IMG/VR virus record: IMGVR_UViG_3300048924_000619
Location: 1 to 64,000 of that record
Source: a virus
Direction: 5' to 3' (one strand)
DNA: 64,000 nt
The notes beneath the pieces are model-generated. The model was not told the origin of the DNA. It was given only the letters and a program-made list of their open reading frames with translations, and made no database searches. Below are positions 9,837 through 19,576 of the stretch, in pieces; within the stretch, counting starts at the first letter, position 1, and every line of letters begins with the position of its first letter. The position numbers and the translations under genes were made by a program.

Positions 9837-12685
9837 ACGCTCTCCTGACGCAGGAACAACTGGATAGCCTGCTCGATGCGATGCGCTCGCACGGCATCGT
9901 TTACAACACGAAGGAAAACGGCCCGATCCTGGCCGACGGAAAGCTGCACCGCTTCCAGGTCGACGGCGACCGAAACGACCGGCGCAACGGCTGGTACTGC
10001 GTCCACGTCGACGAGCGGCCGGCGGGCGCGTTCGGCTGCTACAAGCGGTGGGGCGACCAGCGCTTCGCCTGGACGGCCAAGGGCACGGCGCCGCTGACGC
10101 GCGAACAGCGCGAGGAGATTGCGCAGCGCCAGCGCGAACAGCGCGAGGCGAACGCGGCCGCTGAGGCCGAGCGCCAGGCGCACGCCGCGACCCGATCGCA
10201 GGCGATGTGGGACGCGGCGGCCGAATGTACGGAGCATCCGTACCTGACCCGCAAGGGCGTAGGCGCGTACGGCGTGCGGATCGGGGACTTCTGGAAAGAG
10301 CGCCGGGAAGACGGCAAGCCCTTCCTGGCCGCCAAGGGCGCGCTCCTGATTCGGATGCGCGACGGGACCGGGACAACCGGCCTGCAGGCGATCTATGCGC
10401 AGCCGCTCAAGATGGGCGACGAGGCGCGCGACAAGGATTTCGTCTACGGGGCCAAGAAGGCCGGAGCCTGGGCCACGATCGGCAAGCCGATGGAGCTCAA
10501 CGGGTGCGTCACGCTGCTCGTGGTCGAGGGCTATGCCACGGGCGCCAGCGTGCACGAGGCGACCGGCCTGGGCGTGATCGTCGCGTTTGACGCCGGGAAC
10601 CTGATGGCCGTCGGGCGCGAGGTCCGCCGGCTTATGCCCAAGGTCCGGCTCGTGTTCGCCGCGGACAATGACCAGTGGACGGACCGGCCGGTGCGGAACC
10701 CGGGCGTCACGAAGGCGCGCGACGCCGCGGCGGCCGTCGGCGGCGAGGTGATCGCGCCGGCGTTCGCTAACGTCGAGCTGAAGCCGACCGACTGGAATGA
10801 CATGCATGCCCAGTCGGGCCTGACTGAGGTCCGCCGCCAGCTCATGGCCGCGCTCGATCCTCAGCCGGAACCGGCGCCGGAGCCTGATTCGGAGCCGGAC
10901 GAGCCGCCGCCGATCGAGAACCTCGACGACTTCGGGCCGATCGATCGGGACGAACCCGCGGCCCTCTTGCCGGCTGATCTCCCGGAGCCGGAAGAGGAGG
11001 AGATCGACAACCCGTATTTCACAGTGCGCGGCCACGATCGGACGCAGATCTTTATCTATCAGCACGAAAAGAAGATGATCACGGCCCGCGGCGAGGCCGA
11101 TTGGTCCGAGTCAGCGCTGACGGCGATCGCCCCGTTGCACTGGTGGGAGCTGAACTTCCCCGGCGACAAGGGCCTGAACAGGAAGCTGGCCGTGAATTGG
11201 CTCCAGCGCATGGCGTTCAAGCGCGGCTACTTCGATCCGAACTCGCTCCGCGGCCGGGGCGCCTGGCGCGATGACGGGCGGTTCGTCTTCCACTTCGGCC
11301 ATCAGCTCTGGGTCGACGGCCAGATGATGGACGTGACCAAGATCGATTCGACCTACATCTATGAGCAGGGGCGCCGGCTGCGGCTGCCCGCTGAAGAACC
11401 GCTCTCCACCGCGGACGGCAAGAAGGTGTTCGAGACCTTCCAGGGGTTCGCCTGGACGCGGCCTGCCTCGGCGATCCTCATGGCCGGCTGGTGCGCGCTC
11501 GCGCCCGTCGGCGGGGCGTTGCGCTGGCGGCCGCACGTGTGGATCACGGGCGGCGCCGGGTCGGGCAAGACGACCATTCTGAACTTCACGCACTGGCTGT
11601 TGAACGGGTCGAACCTGTACGCGCAGGGCAACTCGACCGAGGCCGGGATCCGGCAATCGCTGCGGACTGATTCGCTCGGGGTGATTTTCGACGAGAGCGA
11701 ACAGAACAACGAGCGTGAGGCGCTGCGTATGCAGAACGTCCTCTCCCTTATCCGCCAGTCGTCGACGGAGTCGGACGCCAAGACGTTCAAGGGAACGCAG
11801 GGCGGCGACTCCATGCACTTCATTATCCGGTCCATGTTCTGCATGGGATCGATCCAGGTGGGCCTGAAGCAACAGGCGGACATGGAGCGCATCTCGATCC
11901 TGGCGCTGAAGCCAAAGCGCGAGGCTGTCGGCGAGGAGGAGAAGGCCGCGGCGGCCTGGAAGCGCATCAGCGCAAGCATGACCGCGCTCCGCTCCGACGC
12001 TGAGCTGCCGGCCAAGATGCTGCGCCGCACGCTCACCCTTCTGCCGATCATCGTCCAGAACGTCGAGGTGTTCGCGCAGGCGGCCGCGGAGACGTTCGGC
12101 TCGCAGCGCGACGGCGACCAGTACGGCGCCTTGCTGGCGGGCGCGTGGTCGCTCGTGTCGACTAAGCTGGCCACGATCGACGAGGCCCGCGCCATGATCG
12201 CGCGCTACGACTGGTCGGAATACCTCGAGGGCAGCGACACCGAGGAATCGGACAAGGCCCTGGCCGCTCTCATGGGCCGCCTGGTGCGCGTGAAGTCGCA
12301 GGAGGTCAGCCTCTACGAGCTGACCCAGCGCGCGGCCGGCGTGGACTGCGAGATGAAGGACATCAGCACGAAGGAGGCGGACAACGTCCTGCGCCGCCAT
12401 GGGCTGATGATCGAGTGGAACGGCGCGCGGCACGTCGAGAATGGGACGCTGCTCGTCGCCTACAAGCACGGCGAGTTGGATCGGCTGATGGAGGCGACCC
12501 CCTATGCCGCCGATCTGAAGGGCCAGCTGCTGCGCATCGCTGGCGCCGGCCGCACCGCCGGTTCGGTGCGGTTCCTGGGTACGCCCTCACGCGCCGTAAA
12601 GCTCCCCTTGACGCTCGTGCTCTCCGGCGCCGGCGATGAATTGCCGGTTCCTGATGACGAGGACTTTGACCGGATCTCATTCTAG
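9833..12685 (+). CDS. Primase-helicase (TraC/P4-like N-term, TOPRIM, P-loop helicase)
   Basis: 'ADGKLHRF..NGWY..GAFG', 'EGYATGAS..AFDAGNL..ADND..DWND', Walker A GGAGSGKT, Walker B IFDE. Confidence 0.92.
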   Translation: MNALLTQEQLDSLLDAMRSHGIVYNTKENGPILADGKLHRFQVDGDRNDRRNGWYCVHVDERPAGAFGCYKRWGDQRFAWTAKGTAPLTREQREEIAQRQREQREANAAAEAERQAHAATRSQAMWDAAAECTEHPYLTRKGVGAYGVRIGDFWKERREDGKPFLAAKGALLIRMRDGTGTTGLQAIYAQPLKMGDEARDKDFVYGAKKAGAWATIGKPMELNGCVTLLVVEGYATGASVHEATGLGVIVAFDAGNLMAVGREVRRLMPKVRLVFAADNDQWTDRPVRNPGVTKARDAAAAVGGEVIAPAFANVELKPTDWNDMHAQSGLTEVRRQLMAALDPQPEPAPEPDSEPDEPPPIENLDDFGPIDRDEPAALLPADLPEPEEEEIDNPYFTVRGHDRTQIFIYQHEKKMITARGEADWSESALTAIAPLHWWELNFPGDKGLNRKLAVNWLQRMAFKRGYFDPNSLRGRGAWRDDGRFVFHFGHQLWVDGQMMDVTKIDSTYIYEQGRRLRLPAEEPLSTADGKKVFETFQGFAWTRPASAILMAGWCALAPVGGALRWRPHVWITGGAGSGKTTILNFTHWLLNGSNLYAQGNSTEAGIRQSLRTDSLGVIFDESEQNNEREALRMQNVLSLIRQSSTESDAKTFKGTQGGDSMHFIIRSMFCMGSIQVGLKQQADMERISILALKPKREAVGEEEKAAAAWKRISASMTALRSDAELPAKMLRRTLTLLPIIVQNVEVFAQAAAETFGSQRDGDQYGALLAGAWSLVSTKLATIDEARAMIARYDWSEYLEGSDTEESDKALAALMGRLVRVKSQEVSLYELTQRAAGVDCEMKDISTKEADNVLRRHGLMIEWNGARHVENGTLLVAYKHGELDRLMEATPYAADLKGQLLRIAGAGRTAGSVRFLGTPSRAVKLPLTLVLSGAGDELPVPDDEDFDRISF

Positions 12686-12693
12686 CAGGCACG

Positions 12694-12717
12694 AAAAAGC
12701 CGCCCGAAAGGGCGGCT
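12694..12717 (-). terminator. Terminator between convergent operons
   Basis: AAAAA-GCCGCCC-GAAA-GGGCGGC-T (U-tract on minus strand). Confidence 0.8.
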
Positions 12718-12738
12718 GAGTTCGTTGGGAGGGGACGC

Positions 12739-12918
12739 TTAAGCGGTGATCGCGGACCGCGAGGAGCGCATCTCGGCGACGGCCTCCATCGCCCGATCGT
12801 AGCAGTCGTGTGTGTCGCTGACGTCCACCTCCATTCCCTCCTCGAGCATGTGGGTCATCTTCACTTCGCCCACCACGGCCGGGTGCCCGGTGGCGTCGAT
12901 GACGACATAGAATTTCAT
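12739..12918 (-). CDS. Small hypothetical protein
   Basis: MKFYVVIDATG...; ATG coupled to upstream stop. Confidence 0.6.
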   Translation of the reverse strand: MKFYVVIDATGHPAVVGEVKMTHMLEEGMEVDVSDTHDCYDRAMEAVAEMRSSRSAITA

Positions 12919-13142
12919 GCGGCGGCTTCCTTTGGCGGGAGTTGGGAAAGACGTTCCTGGACGGCGTCCACCAGCTGGCGGAGCACGGCGCGGAGGTGTT
13001 CCTTGAGCACGGCTCGGTGCTGAAGGGCCTCCGCGGCGTTCCAAGCGGATTCGAGCTCGGCCCGGCCCATAGTGTGGACGCGGATCGCGAGCGACCCGGC
13101 CCACGTCAGAGCCGGGTCATATTCACGGTCGAGCGGGCGCAC
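12915..13142 (-). CDS. Small hypothetical protein
   Basis: 75 aa ORF tightly packed downstream of rtcB. Confidence 0.6.
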   Translation of the reverse strand: MRPLDREYDPALTWAGSLAIRVHTMGRAELESAWNAAEALQHRAVLKEHLRAVLRQLVDAVQERLSQLPPKEAAA

Positions 13143-13146
13143 GGCC

Positions 13147-14373
13147 TCAGCCCTTGACGCAGACGACCTGTCTGAGCGTGCTCACGATCTCAACGTGGTC
13201 GGCCTGGGCGGCCATCACGGCGTCGATCGACTTGTAGGCACCGGGCGTCTCGTCGATCACGTCGGCGTCCAGCCTGGCCTCAATCCCCCGCATCGCTACG
13301 GCGTGATCATCAAGAGTGAACCGGCGCTTCGCTTCGTTGCGGCTCATCGCCCGGCCGGCGCCGTGAGAGCATGAGCAGAAGGATTCCGCCAGCGGCGCGC
13401 CGGCCTTGCCGCGGACGATGAACGACTTCGCGCCCATCGATCCAGGAATGATCCCCAGCGTCTCGGGCGTAATCCGGACCGCGCCCTTGCGGGTGAGGTA
13501 GACGTCCTTCCCGAAGTGCTTCTCCTGGGCGACGTAGTTGTGGTGGCAGTTGACCGCCTCGCTGTCGCAGAAGAAGGGCTTGGCAACCGTGGCCTGCAGC
13601 GCGTCGACGGCGGCGCCCATCATCAGCGTGCGGTTGGCCTTGGCGAAGCGCTGGGCCCAGGACACCGCCTTCATGTAGTCGTTGAAGTGCTCGGTTCCCT
13701 CCGGGAGGTAGGCGAGATCCTGGTCCGGCAGGTTGACGAACCACTTCCGCATGTCGGCCTTCGCCAACTCGATGAAATAGGAGCCGATCCGGTTGCCGAT
13801 GCCGCGCGAGCCGGAGTGCAACATGATCCAGACCCGATCATCCTCGTCGAGGCACACCTCCACGAAATGGTTGCCGGTCCCAAGCGTACCGAGGTGGTTC
13901 GGCGCCTTCTCGGCGGCACGGGAGATCTTCGGATGTTTGGCGACGATGTCGGCCATCTCGCCGACGAGCGTCATCATCACCGTCGCGGCGGGCGACTGCA
14001 CTTCGCCCCAGGCGCCGCGGTCGCCAGTCTGGCCATCGTTGGTCCGGCCGTGGGGGATTCGCTTCTCAATGGCCGTCCGCAGGCCAAGCAGGTTGTCGGG
14101 CAGGTCGGCCGCCGTGAGGCTGGTCCGCATGGCCATCATCCCGCAGCCGATATCGACCCCGACGGCCGCCGGAATGACCGCGCCGGTCGTCGGGATCACA
14201 GAGCCGACGGTAGCGCCCATGCCCCAGTGGACGTCGGGCATGATCGCGACGTGGCGGTGGATGAACGGCATGGCCGCGATGTTGTCGAGCTGGGCGCGCG
14301 CGGTCTCCTCGACCTGAACACCTTCGACCCAGGCCTTGATGAGACCTCCGCGGCTACCTTGGATCACCTGCAT
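13147..14373 (-). CDS. rtcB: RtcB RNA-splicing/repair ligase
   Basis: MPDVH, VGVDIGCG, GTLGTGNHFVE, HSGSRG, HHNY, RKGA, PGSMG, SHGAGR. Confidence 0.97.
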   Translation of the reverse strand: MQVIQGSRGGLIKAWVEGVQVEETARAQLDNIAAMPFIHRHVAIMPDVHWGMGATVGSVIPTTGAVIPAAVGVDIGCGMMAMRTSLTAADLPDNLLGLRTAIEKRIPHGRTNDGQTGDRGAWGEVQSPAATVMMTLVGEMADIVAKHPKISRAAEKAPNHLGTLGTGNHFVEVCLDEDDRVWIMLHSGSRGIGNRIGSYFIELAKADMRKWFVNLPDQDLAYLPEGTEHFNDYMKAVSWAQRFAKANRTLMMGAAVDALQATVAKPFFCDSEAVNCHHNYVAQEKHFGKDVYLTRKGAVRITPETLGIIPGSMGAKSFIVRGKAGAPLAESFCSCSHGAGRAMSRNEAKRRFTLDDHAVAMRGIEARLDADVIDETPGAYKSIDAVMAAQADHVEIVSTLRQVVCVKG

Positions 14374-14563
14374 TTTGTGCGCCCTTCTGCTTTGGCGGTG
14401 AGGTCTTCTTGTGGGCGATCAGATCCTCAAGGAATCCGATCGCCCGGCGGAGTTCCGCGCGGTCCGGTTCCGGCGTCTCGCCACTCGCCACGTGGGTCCG
14501 GAGGTAGCCAAGGGCGACCTCCAGGGCGGCGACGGTGAGACGGGTTACGGACGGACGGCGCAT
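14354..14563 (-). CDS. Small hypothetical protein
   Basis: MRRPSVTRL... with GGAG RBS; overlaps rtcB start. Confidence 0.55.
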   Translation of the reverse strand: MRRPSVTRLTVAALEVALGYLRTHVASGETPEPDRAELRRAIGFLEDLIAHKKTSPPKQKGAQNAGDPR

Positions 14564-14835
14564 GAAAACTCCCTCAACCTGCGCTTCGGAGCACAGCGAG
14601 GGGTACGTGTGGCGCCGAGCCCGCGCAAGGTCTGGCGGAGTCCAGCGATCATGTTGTCGCGACCGCAGCCGCGTCGAAAACTCGGCGTGCCGGGGAACGC
14701 GAGGAACCGCGTCTGGCCGCCGAATTGGAGGATGAGGCGAGGATGCTTCGCGCCGCGCTCGAGCGAACACGAGACGCCAGGCCAATCGGCCAGCTCGCGT
14801 TCGAATGCCTGCTGCAGCTCGCGGACGTGGCTCAT
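14545..14835 (-). CDS. Possible HicA-like (dsRBD-fold) protein
   Basis: 'ERGAKHPRLIL...FPGTPS...NMIAGLRQ' pattern. Confidence 0.4.
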   Translation of the reverse strand: MSHVRELQQAFERELADWPGVSCSLERGAKHPRLILQFGGQTRFLAFPGTPSFRRGCGRDNMIAGLRQTLRGLGATRTPRCAPKRRLREFSCAVRP

Positions 14836-15257
14836 AGACCGAGCCTTTCCGCGCGCCGGCGCAGCCATGAGGCCAGCCAGCGGGGAGCCGCGCGCATCGC
14901 CGCCTCGGCCGCCAGCGCGCGTCCCTCCATGGATTCCCAAATCCACTTCAGGTCACGCACATCGTCCGTCAGGTGGACCCCCTGGCGCTTGGCCTCCCGC
15001 CGCACGATCTCGCGAACGTCCCAGCGCAGGTGGCTGTAGGCAGTGCCCGTCGCCTCATGATCGCGCTCGGACTCGAAGGCCCGTTCGCGCCACATACGGC
15101 GATCCTCAAGGATGGCGCGCTCGCCCTCAGTGAGGATCGCGACGCAGCCAGGGACCTCCAGTTCGTCCAGGCCGAAGTGATCGGCTGCCGACTGGCGCTC
15201 GATGAAGACCTCGTCGCAGTGGAAGCAGCGCCAGTGGAGGGCGGGGACGGCGTTCAC
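14832..15257 (-). CDS. Hypothetical protein with N-terminal C2H2-like zinc motif
   Basis: 'WRCFHCDEVF....AADHFG'; GTG coupled to upstream stop. Confidence 0.6.
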   Translation of the reverse strand: MNAVPALHWRCFHCDEVFIERQSAADHFGLDELEVPGCVAILTEGERAILEDRRMWRERAFESERDHEATGTAYSHLRWDVREIVRREAKRQGVHLTDDVRDLKWIWESMEGRALAAEAAMRAAPRWLASWLRRRAERLGL

Positions 15258-16111
15258 GCGCGCCTCCGCTTCGGCTTGGCCTTCGGGAGCTCGACGCCGA
15301 CCGACGACGCCATCTCCTCCACGGCCGCGCGCGTCTGGTCGAGGTGATGAATAAGGGAGTTGAGCGGGTTTCCCCATGACAGTGGGTCGGTCAGCCGCGT
15401 GGCTTTCAGCGCGGCGACGATCGATCCGACCTGCGAGCCGTTGGCGACCGTGAGGTATCCCCAGGTGGAATCCTCGTGCAGCAGGATGCCCGTCGCCTGT
15501 TCGAAGGCCTGGACCGTCTCCAGGAGCGCGCCGAGCTTGTCAGGGGTGCGCACCTTGAGGCGCTCCGCGACCCGCTTCTCAATGGTCGGCTCCATCTCGT
15601 CCCGGATTTCCCGGCGAGCGCGCTCCATGGCGCCTTCGGAGAGTCCGCCGGCGTTGCGCAGCAAGGACGCTAGGAACAGGCGGTTGACCGGCCTGGATTC
15701 CGTCCGGGCCGCCGCCTTCATGGTTTGCATCCGCTTGCCGTCCCAGACGCGCCAGCCCCAGGCCGGCGGGATCTCGGACTCGTCTTTGACGACGCCGGGT
15801 GAGGTGATCAGCCACCAGCGGTCGCAATGCTGAGCGATGTCCTCCGCCTTCTTCGGATTGCGGAGTTCGGACATCCAGTCGGAGCGCGAGACCTTGATCT
15901 CGACCCCGTGCAGCTCCAGTCCATCGGACGGCCAGCACGACATGATGACCGCATCGGCCGAGCGCGTGTGACTGGCGCCCGTGGCGTTGAGCACCTCGAA
16001 CAGGACCGCATACCGGCCGCCGGTCGCCTTGCCGCCGAACGTGGCCAGGATCCCGGCGCGCACGGCGTCGGCGGTGAGCTTGGCGGGCGGGGTTTGGATG
16101 ACGTCGCTCAC
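15254..16111 (-). CDS. MmcB-like PD-(D/E)XK nuclease-fold protein
   Basis: 'FEV...ADAVIMSCWPS..LELHGVEIKVSRSDW..E...K'. Confidence 0.75.
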   Translation of the reverse strand: MSDVIQTPPAKLTADAVRAGILATFGGKATGGRYAVLFEVLNATGASHTRSADAVIMSCWPSDGLELHGVEIKVSRSDWMSELRNPKKAEDIAQHCDRWWLITSPGVVKDESEIPPAWGWRVWDGKRMQTMKAAARTESRPVNRLFLASLLRNAGGLSEGAMERARREIRDEMEPTIEKRVAERLKVRTPDKLGALLETVQAFEQATGILLHEDSTWGYLTVANGSQVGSIVAALKATRLTDPLSWGNPLNSLIHHLDQTRAAVEEMASSVGVELPKAKPKRRRA

Positions 16112-16776
16112 CGTTGCACCCGCTCGAATGAGAGCGCCCAAACCCACGGGTTGGCCGCCCAGCTGCCGGGGCCGTTGATCTCCTCCCAGAGGCCGCGGTA
16201 GGCGGCGACGGCGCTCGTGTAGCCGGCCTCGTGTCCGCCTTCCCAGCGGTAGACGGCGACCCCATCGTGTCCAGGCAGTCCGATGGCTTCGCGCTGGTAC
16301 GTGATCCCCTCCGCCAGGGCGTCGGCTTCGCTGATCTTCTGCAGGCGTTCGAGGCGAACCTCGGTGATCGCCAACAGCAGGCGGGAGCCCACGCGTGGCA
16401 TGTGGATGGACGGGCGGAGCTTGCCGTACAGAGATCCAGTCGTTCGGGGCGGACCGTCCGCCTCGAAGTGGATCTTGACGTTCTCCTTCACGCTCGTTGG
16501 GCGGTTGCCATCGAACTGCTCAGGAAAGCGGTAGGTCTCCTTGACCCAGAGCCGGTCGCCACCGAGGCCATAGGGACAACGCCACCAGCGGAGGCCGCGG
16601 GCGTCGGTGTCGTCAGGCCCAAACGAGATCTCGGGCAAGCCGCGGTTGAAGCTGAGGAGCGGCTTGTAGCCGACGCTTACGGGCTGTGGCTTCACGATCC
16701 GCCGCGTCTGGGTCTTCTGCCCGGCGAGGAGGGCGCGGACCATGGGCGCACTGAACAGGAGGGGACGCTCAGCCAT
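16108..16776 (-). CDS. ASCH/PUA-like phage protein
   Basis: 'LFSAPMVRALLAGQKTQTRR..CPYG..GDRLWVKE..PSIHMPR..NPWVW'. Confidence 0.75.
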   Translation of the reverse strand: MAERPLLFSAPMVRALLAGQKTQTRRIVKPQPVSVGYKPLLSFNRGLPEISFGPDDTDARGLRWWRCPYGLGGDRLWVKETYRFPEQFDGNRPTSVKENVKIHFEADGPPRTTGSLYGKLRPSIHMPRVGSRLLLAITEVRLERLQKISEADALAEGITYQREAIGLPGHDGVAVYRWEGGHEAGYTSAVAAYRGLWEEINGPGSWAANPWVWALSFERVQR

Positions 16777-17389
16777 GACGCGCCGCCATGAGGAGTTCGA
16801 AGTACCGGTCGAGGAACTGCCGGCGGGCGTACCGTGCGCCCCAGGCCCAAATCCGCTTTTCCAGCGGCGGGTATGCTTCCATCCCCGGCCAGGCGTGGTT
16901 GCGCGCGGTAGTGATGTCCCGCTTCTCGGTGTTGAGGAGGATGTAGTCCGCCCGCTTCACCAACGGGTCGAGCGTCTCCGGGAGGCCGAACTGCTTAAAG
17001 ATCGCGCGCTCGCCACGCTTCTCAACCGCCTTGTAGTCTGGGCAGAGCTGCTTGAGGGGCGAGACCATGTCTCCGCCAACCGATTCGAACGCGTCATGGA
17101 GGAGGCCCTGCAGCGCCAACTCCGGCGGCAGGATCTCCGAGACGTGCACGCTGTGCTGGGCCACGCTGTAGTGGTCGATGTGGTCCGGCAGTTGGCCGCT
17201 GTACCTGCAGCAGCGCGACAGGCCCGCGGCGATATCCTCGATCGTGAGCGGCGTGCTCTCCGGGTTGAGGAAGTCGAAGTAGGTGCCGCTGCGGGTGATG
17301 ATCGTCGCGCCGATGCAGCCGGGCGGAGACGTAAGGCCGGCGGCGGCGAACGGGCCGCTGTATGCCTCGGGGGTCTGGAGGGCGCTCAC
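16769..17389 (-). CDS. YfbR-like HD-domain nucleotide phosphohydrolase
   Basis: 'IEDIAAGLS..CRYSG..HYSVAQHS..LLHDAFE..GD..PLK..AD'. Confidence 0.85.
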   Translation of the reverse strand: MSALQTPEAYSGPFAAAGLTSPPGCIGATIITRSGTYFDFLNPESTPLTIEDIAAGLSRCCRYSGQLPDHIDHYSVAQHSVHVSEILPPELALQGLLHDAFESVGGDMVSPLKQLCPDYKAVEKRGERAIFKQFGLPETLDPLVKRADYILLNTEKRDITTARNHAWPGMEAYPPLEKRIWAWGARYARRQFLDRYFELLMAARHG

Positions 17390-17658
17390 GCCCGGCCGCC
17401 GATCTGGCGGATGGTGGTCACGCGGCTCTCAAGCTCGGCGGCGAGCTTCTTTAGCGCGTCGCGGATCCCGGCCGGCACGGTAACGAGGTCGTCGCCTGAG
17501 AGGCTCAGAAGTTCGCCAGCCAAGTCGTCGGCAACGTCGAGGGCGCGGTTGATGCCCTCACTAGCGGTCATTGCCGCTTCCGCCTGGAGCCTACGAATTC
17601 TGTCGGCGCGTCGCTCGGTCGTCTGGGCTTCGGCGACTACGCTAAGTCGGGGTGCCAT
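17386..17658 (-). CDS. Hypothetical helical protein
   Basis: 90 aa, first gene of leftward operon. Confidence 0.6.
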   Translation of the reverse strand: MAPRLSVVAEAQTTERRADRIRRLQAEAAMTASEGINRALDVADDLAGELLSLSGDDLVTVPAGIRDALKKLAAELESRVTTIRQIGGRA

Positions 17659-17717
17659 GGGTGCTTCCTGTCTGGCCCGTGAGTGGGTGACAGGAGGGTG
17701 GCAGTGCCCCTAGTGCT

Positions 17718-17782
17718 ATTCTAGGCGGATTTCCGGGAGTTCGTGGGTAACTCCCGGAGTTTCCGGGAACTCCAGGGAACTT
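17718..17782 (-). promoter_or_regulatory. Promoter CCGCC-TAGAAT with five 10-bp direct repeats upstream
   Basis: ATTCTAGGCGG 17718; CCGGGAGTTC/GTGGGTAACT/CCCGGAGTTT/CCGGGAACTC/CAGGGAACTT 17733-17782. Confidence 0.6.
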
Positions 17783-17791
17783 GGCTCTTGC

Positions 17792-18100
17792 TTAGCTCTT
17801 CGGCTTGTCTCCGCGAGCGGCGGCCTCGGCCAACGCGTGAGTGATCGCTGCCTCGTTCGAGGCGAAGCCGAGTTTACGAAGCTTGCGAAGGTTTTCGACC
17901 GTATCGAACGGCAGCCACATAGTCACTTTCTTGTAGCCAGACTGCTTGAGGCGAGCAAAATAATCAGCCTGTACCTGAGAACGCGACTTCGGCACTTGGC
18001 GGTCCTCGACCTTGCCGGGCGATGATTCTTTGAGACGATCGCGATCGGAATCGTCTCTCGAACCACCGTCGTGTTGAAGGGAAGATAATGCCGAAACCAT
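17792..18100 (-). CDS. Small DNA-binding protein (RHH-like)
   Basis: 'QADYFARLKQSGYKKVTMWLP..VENLRKL..AAITHAL'; true start uncertain. Confidence 0.55.
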   Translation of the reverse strand: MVSALSSLQHDGGSRDDSDRDRLKESSPGKVEDRQVPKSRSQVQADYFARLKQSGYKKVTMWLPFDTVENLRKLRKLGFASNEAAITHALAEAAARGDKPKS

Positions 18101-18365
18101 ACTCCCTCCGATGCCGCTGACTAGATTTGTTTCCGCGGCGACACAAACACGTTAGCCGATTAAGCGATAGACGGGCATTAACGAATATTAACAGCTGTCG
18201 TTTTAAGCCGCTGACGCAGGCCCTGCCAAGAGGGCCTTAGAAGAACCTTGTGGAATTTGCCGAGGCTGCTCAAAGCCGGGCACTCCCGAAATTTCCGTCT
18301 GATCCCGATTTGGGCTCAACCCTCTATTGTTTTACTTGGCAACCGCGCTTGCACCTGCGGGATCA

Positions 18366-18626
18366 ATGCCATCTGCCCTTGCTGAACCCTCGTACGGTGC
18401 CTTTGTTCGTCGCATCATAGAGTTGAGGCGGAACAGTGGACTCACTCAACGAGAGGTAGCAGATCGCCTCGGGCGTCCGCAATCCTTCATTGCCAAGGTT
18501 GAGCGATTCGAGCGGAGACTCGACCCTGCAGAGTTCGCAGCTTTGGTGCAGGCACTAGGCTTCGATCCAGTCGAGGAGTTCGCGGCAGTGGTGGTCGAGC
18601 TTAGCGACGCCACACAGTCTCCTTGA
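18366..18626 (+). CDS. XRE-family HTH regulator
   Basis: 'LRRNSGLTQREVADRLGRPQSFIAKVERFERRLD'. Confidence 0.85.
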   Translation: MPSALAEPSYGAFVRRIIELRRNSGLTQREVADRLGRPQSFIAKVERFERRLDPAEFAALVQALGFDPVEEFAAVVVELSDATQSP

Positions 18627-18789
18627 GGAACTTCAGTAAGCCGAGGCGATCGGTGGGAACGTCGAGGACCGTGACGCGCGACGTTGGCTCTTCTATGGCG
18701 ATGCTGTTGGCCTCGCGCTGATTGGTAGCCCAATCTACCGTCTGGGCCATGGGCTCGTCGTCTTCCCAGTCTATGCGGTAGAATTTCAC
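18601..18789 (-). CDS. Small hypothetical protein
   Basis: 62 aa ORF, last of leftward operon. Confidence 0.55.
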   Translation of the reverse strand: MKFYRIDWEDDEPMAQTVDWATNQREANSIAIEEPTSRVTVLDVPTDRLGLLKFLKETVWRR

Positions 18790-18795
18790 GTGTGC

Positions 18796-19377
18796 TCAAG
18801 CCTCCTTCGCGGTGAGCGTGGTCTTCTTCGCCCACTCCCACGCGGCGTTCCACAAGGCGATGTCCGCCTCGGTCTCTGGCGAGGGGATCCCCTTCTCGTC
18901 CGTGCCATCCAGGAAACCCGGCTCGTGCCCCATGGTCTGGAAGAAAGCGTCGAGCATGATCATGTTCGCGTCGGCGAAGTCATGGGTGGCGCAGGCGCCA
19001 TCGTCGGCGTGGTCGACGTTGCGGCGCTTGACCTCCGCCATCTGATCCGCAGTGAACGCCTCGACACAGCGGGCGGTGAACGCGACGCCCAGGATCACGG
19101 CGAGTACCTCGTTCCAGTCGTCGGTCGCGGCAATGGGGTCATCGCTCAACGGCGCGCCACCATCGTCGATCCGGTAGAGCACGAACCGCGGCACATCCAC
19201 CGTGAACTCTCGGCGCTCGACGTCGACGTAATCGATCCAGACCCGCAAGCCTAAGGGCTTGCTCTCGAAATTCGGGCAGGCGTCGTTCTTCCAAGACGCG
19301 TCCACGAATCCCTCGGGCATCACGGGCATGTCGGCCTCAGGGAAGTCTGGGAATTCGGTCTGGTAGGTCACGCCCAT
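18796..19377 (-). CDS. Hypothetical phage protein
   Basis: 'DASWKNDACPNF', 'CATHDFADANM'; typical codon use. Confidence 0.75.
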   Translation of the reverse strand: MGVTYQTEFPDFPEADMPVMPEGFVDASWKNDACPNFESKPLGLRVWIDYVDVERREFTVDVPRFVLYRIDDGGAPLSDDPIAATDDWNEVLAVILGVAFTARCVEAFTADQMAEVKRRNVDHADDGACATHDFADANMIMLDAFFQTMGHEPGFLDGTDEKGIPSPETEADIALWNAAWEWAKKTTLTAKEA

Positions 19378-19565
19378 TTCCTTCCGATTTGTTCACCGGC
19401 CATCTTTGCAACCAGAGCCGTGAGGGGGAAAGCCAGCATCGGGCCGGCCATGTGCGAGGCGAGGATCCCAAGCGCGGCGGCGCCCGCGACCGTCGCGATG
19501 CATGCCGCGTGCGGCTGCCAGAGCTGCGGGATCAGGGGGAGGGAATTCTTTCTCCAATCGTTCAT
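19368..19565 (-). CDS. Small membrane protein
   Basis: Two hydrophobic segments; GGAGG RBS. Confidence 0.55.
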   Translation of the reverse strand: MNDWRKNSLPLIPQLWQPHAACIATVAGAAALGILASHMAGPMLAFPLTALVAKMAGEQIGRKWA

Positions 19566-19576
19566 CGTCGCGCCTC

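Noticed and set aside
18178-18191. TTAA-N6-TTAA resembling a CtrA box
   Set aside because: Canonical spacing is N7; other TTAA pairs here and near 20065 are also mis-spaced
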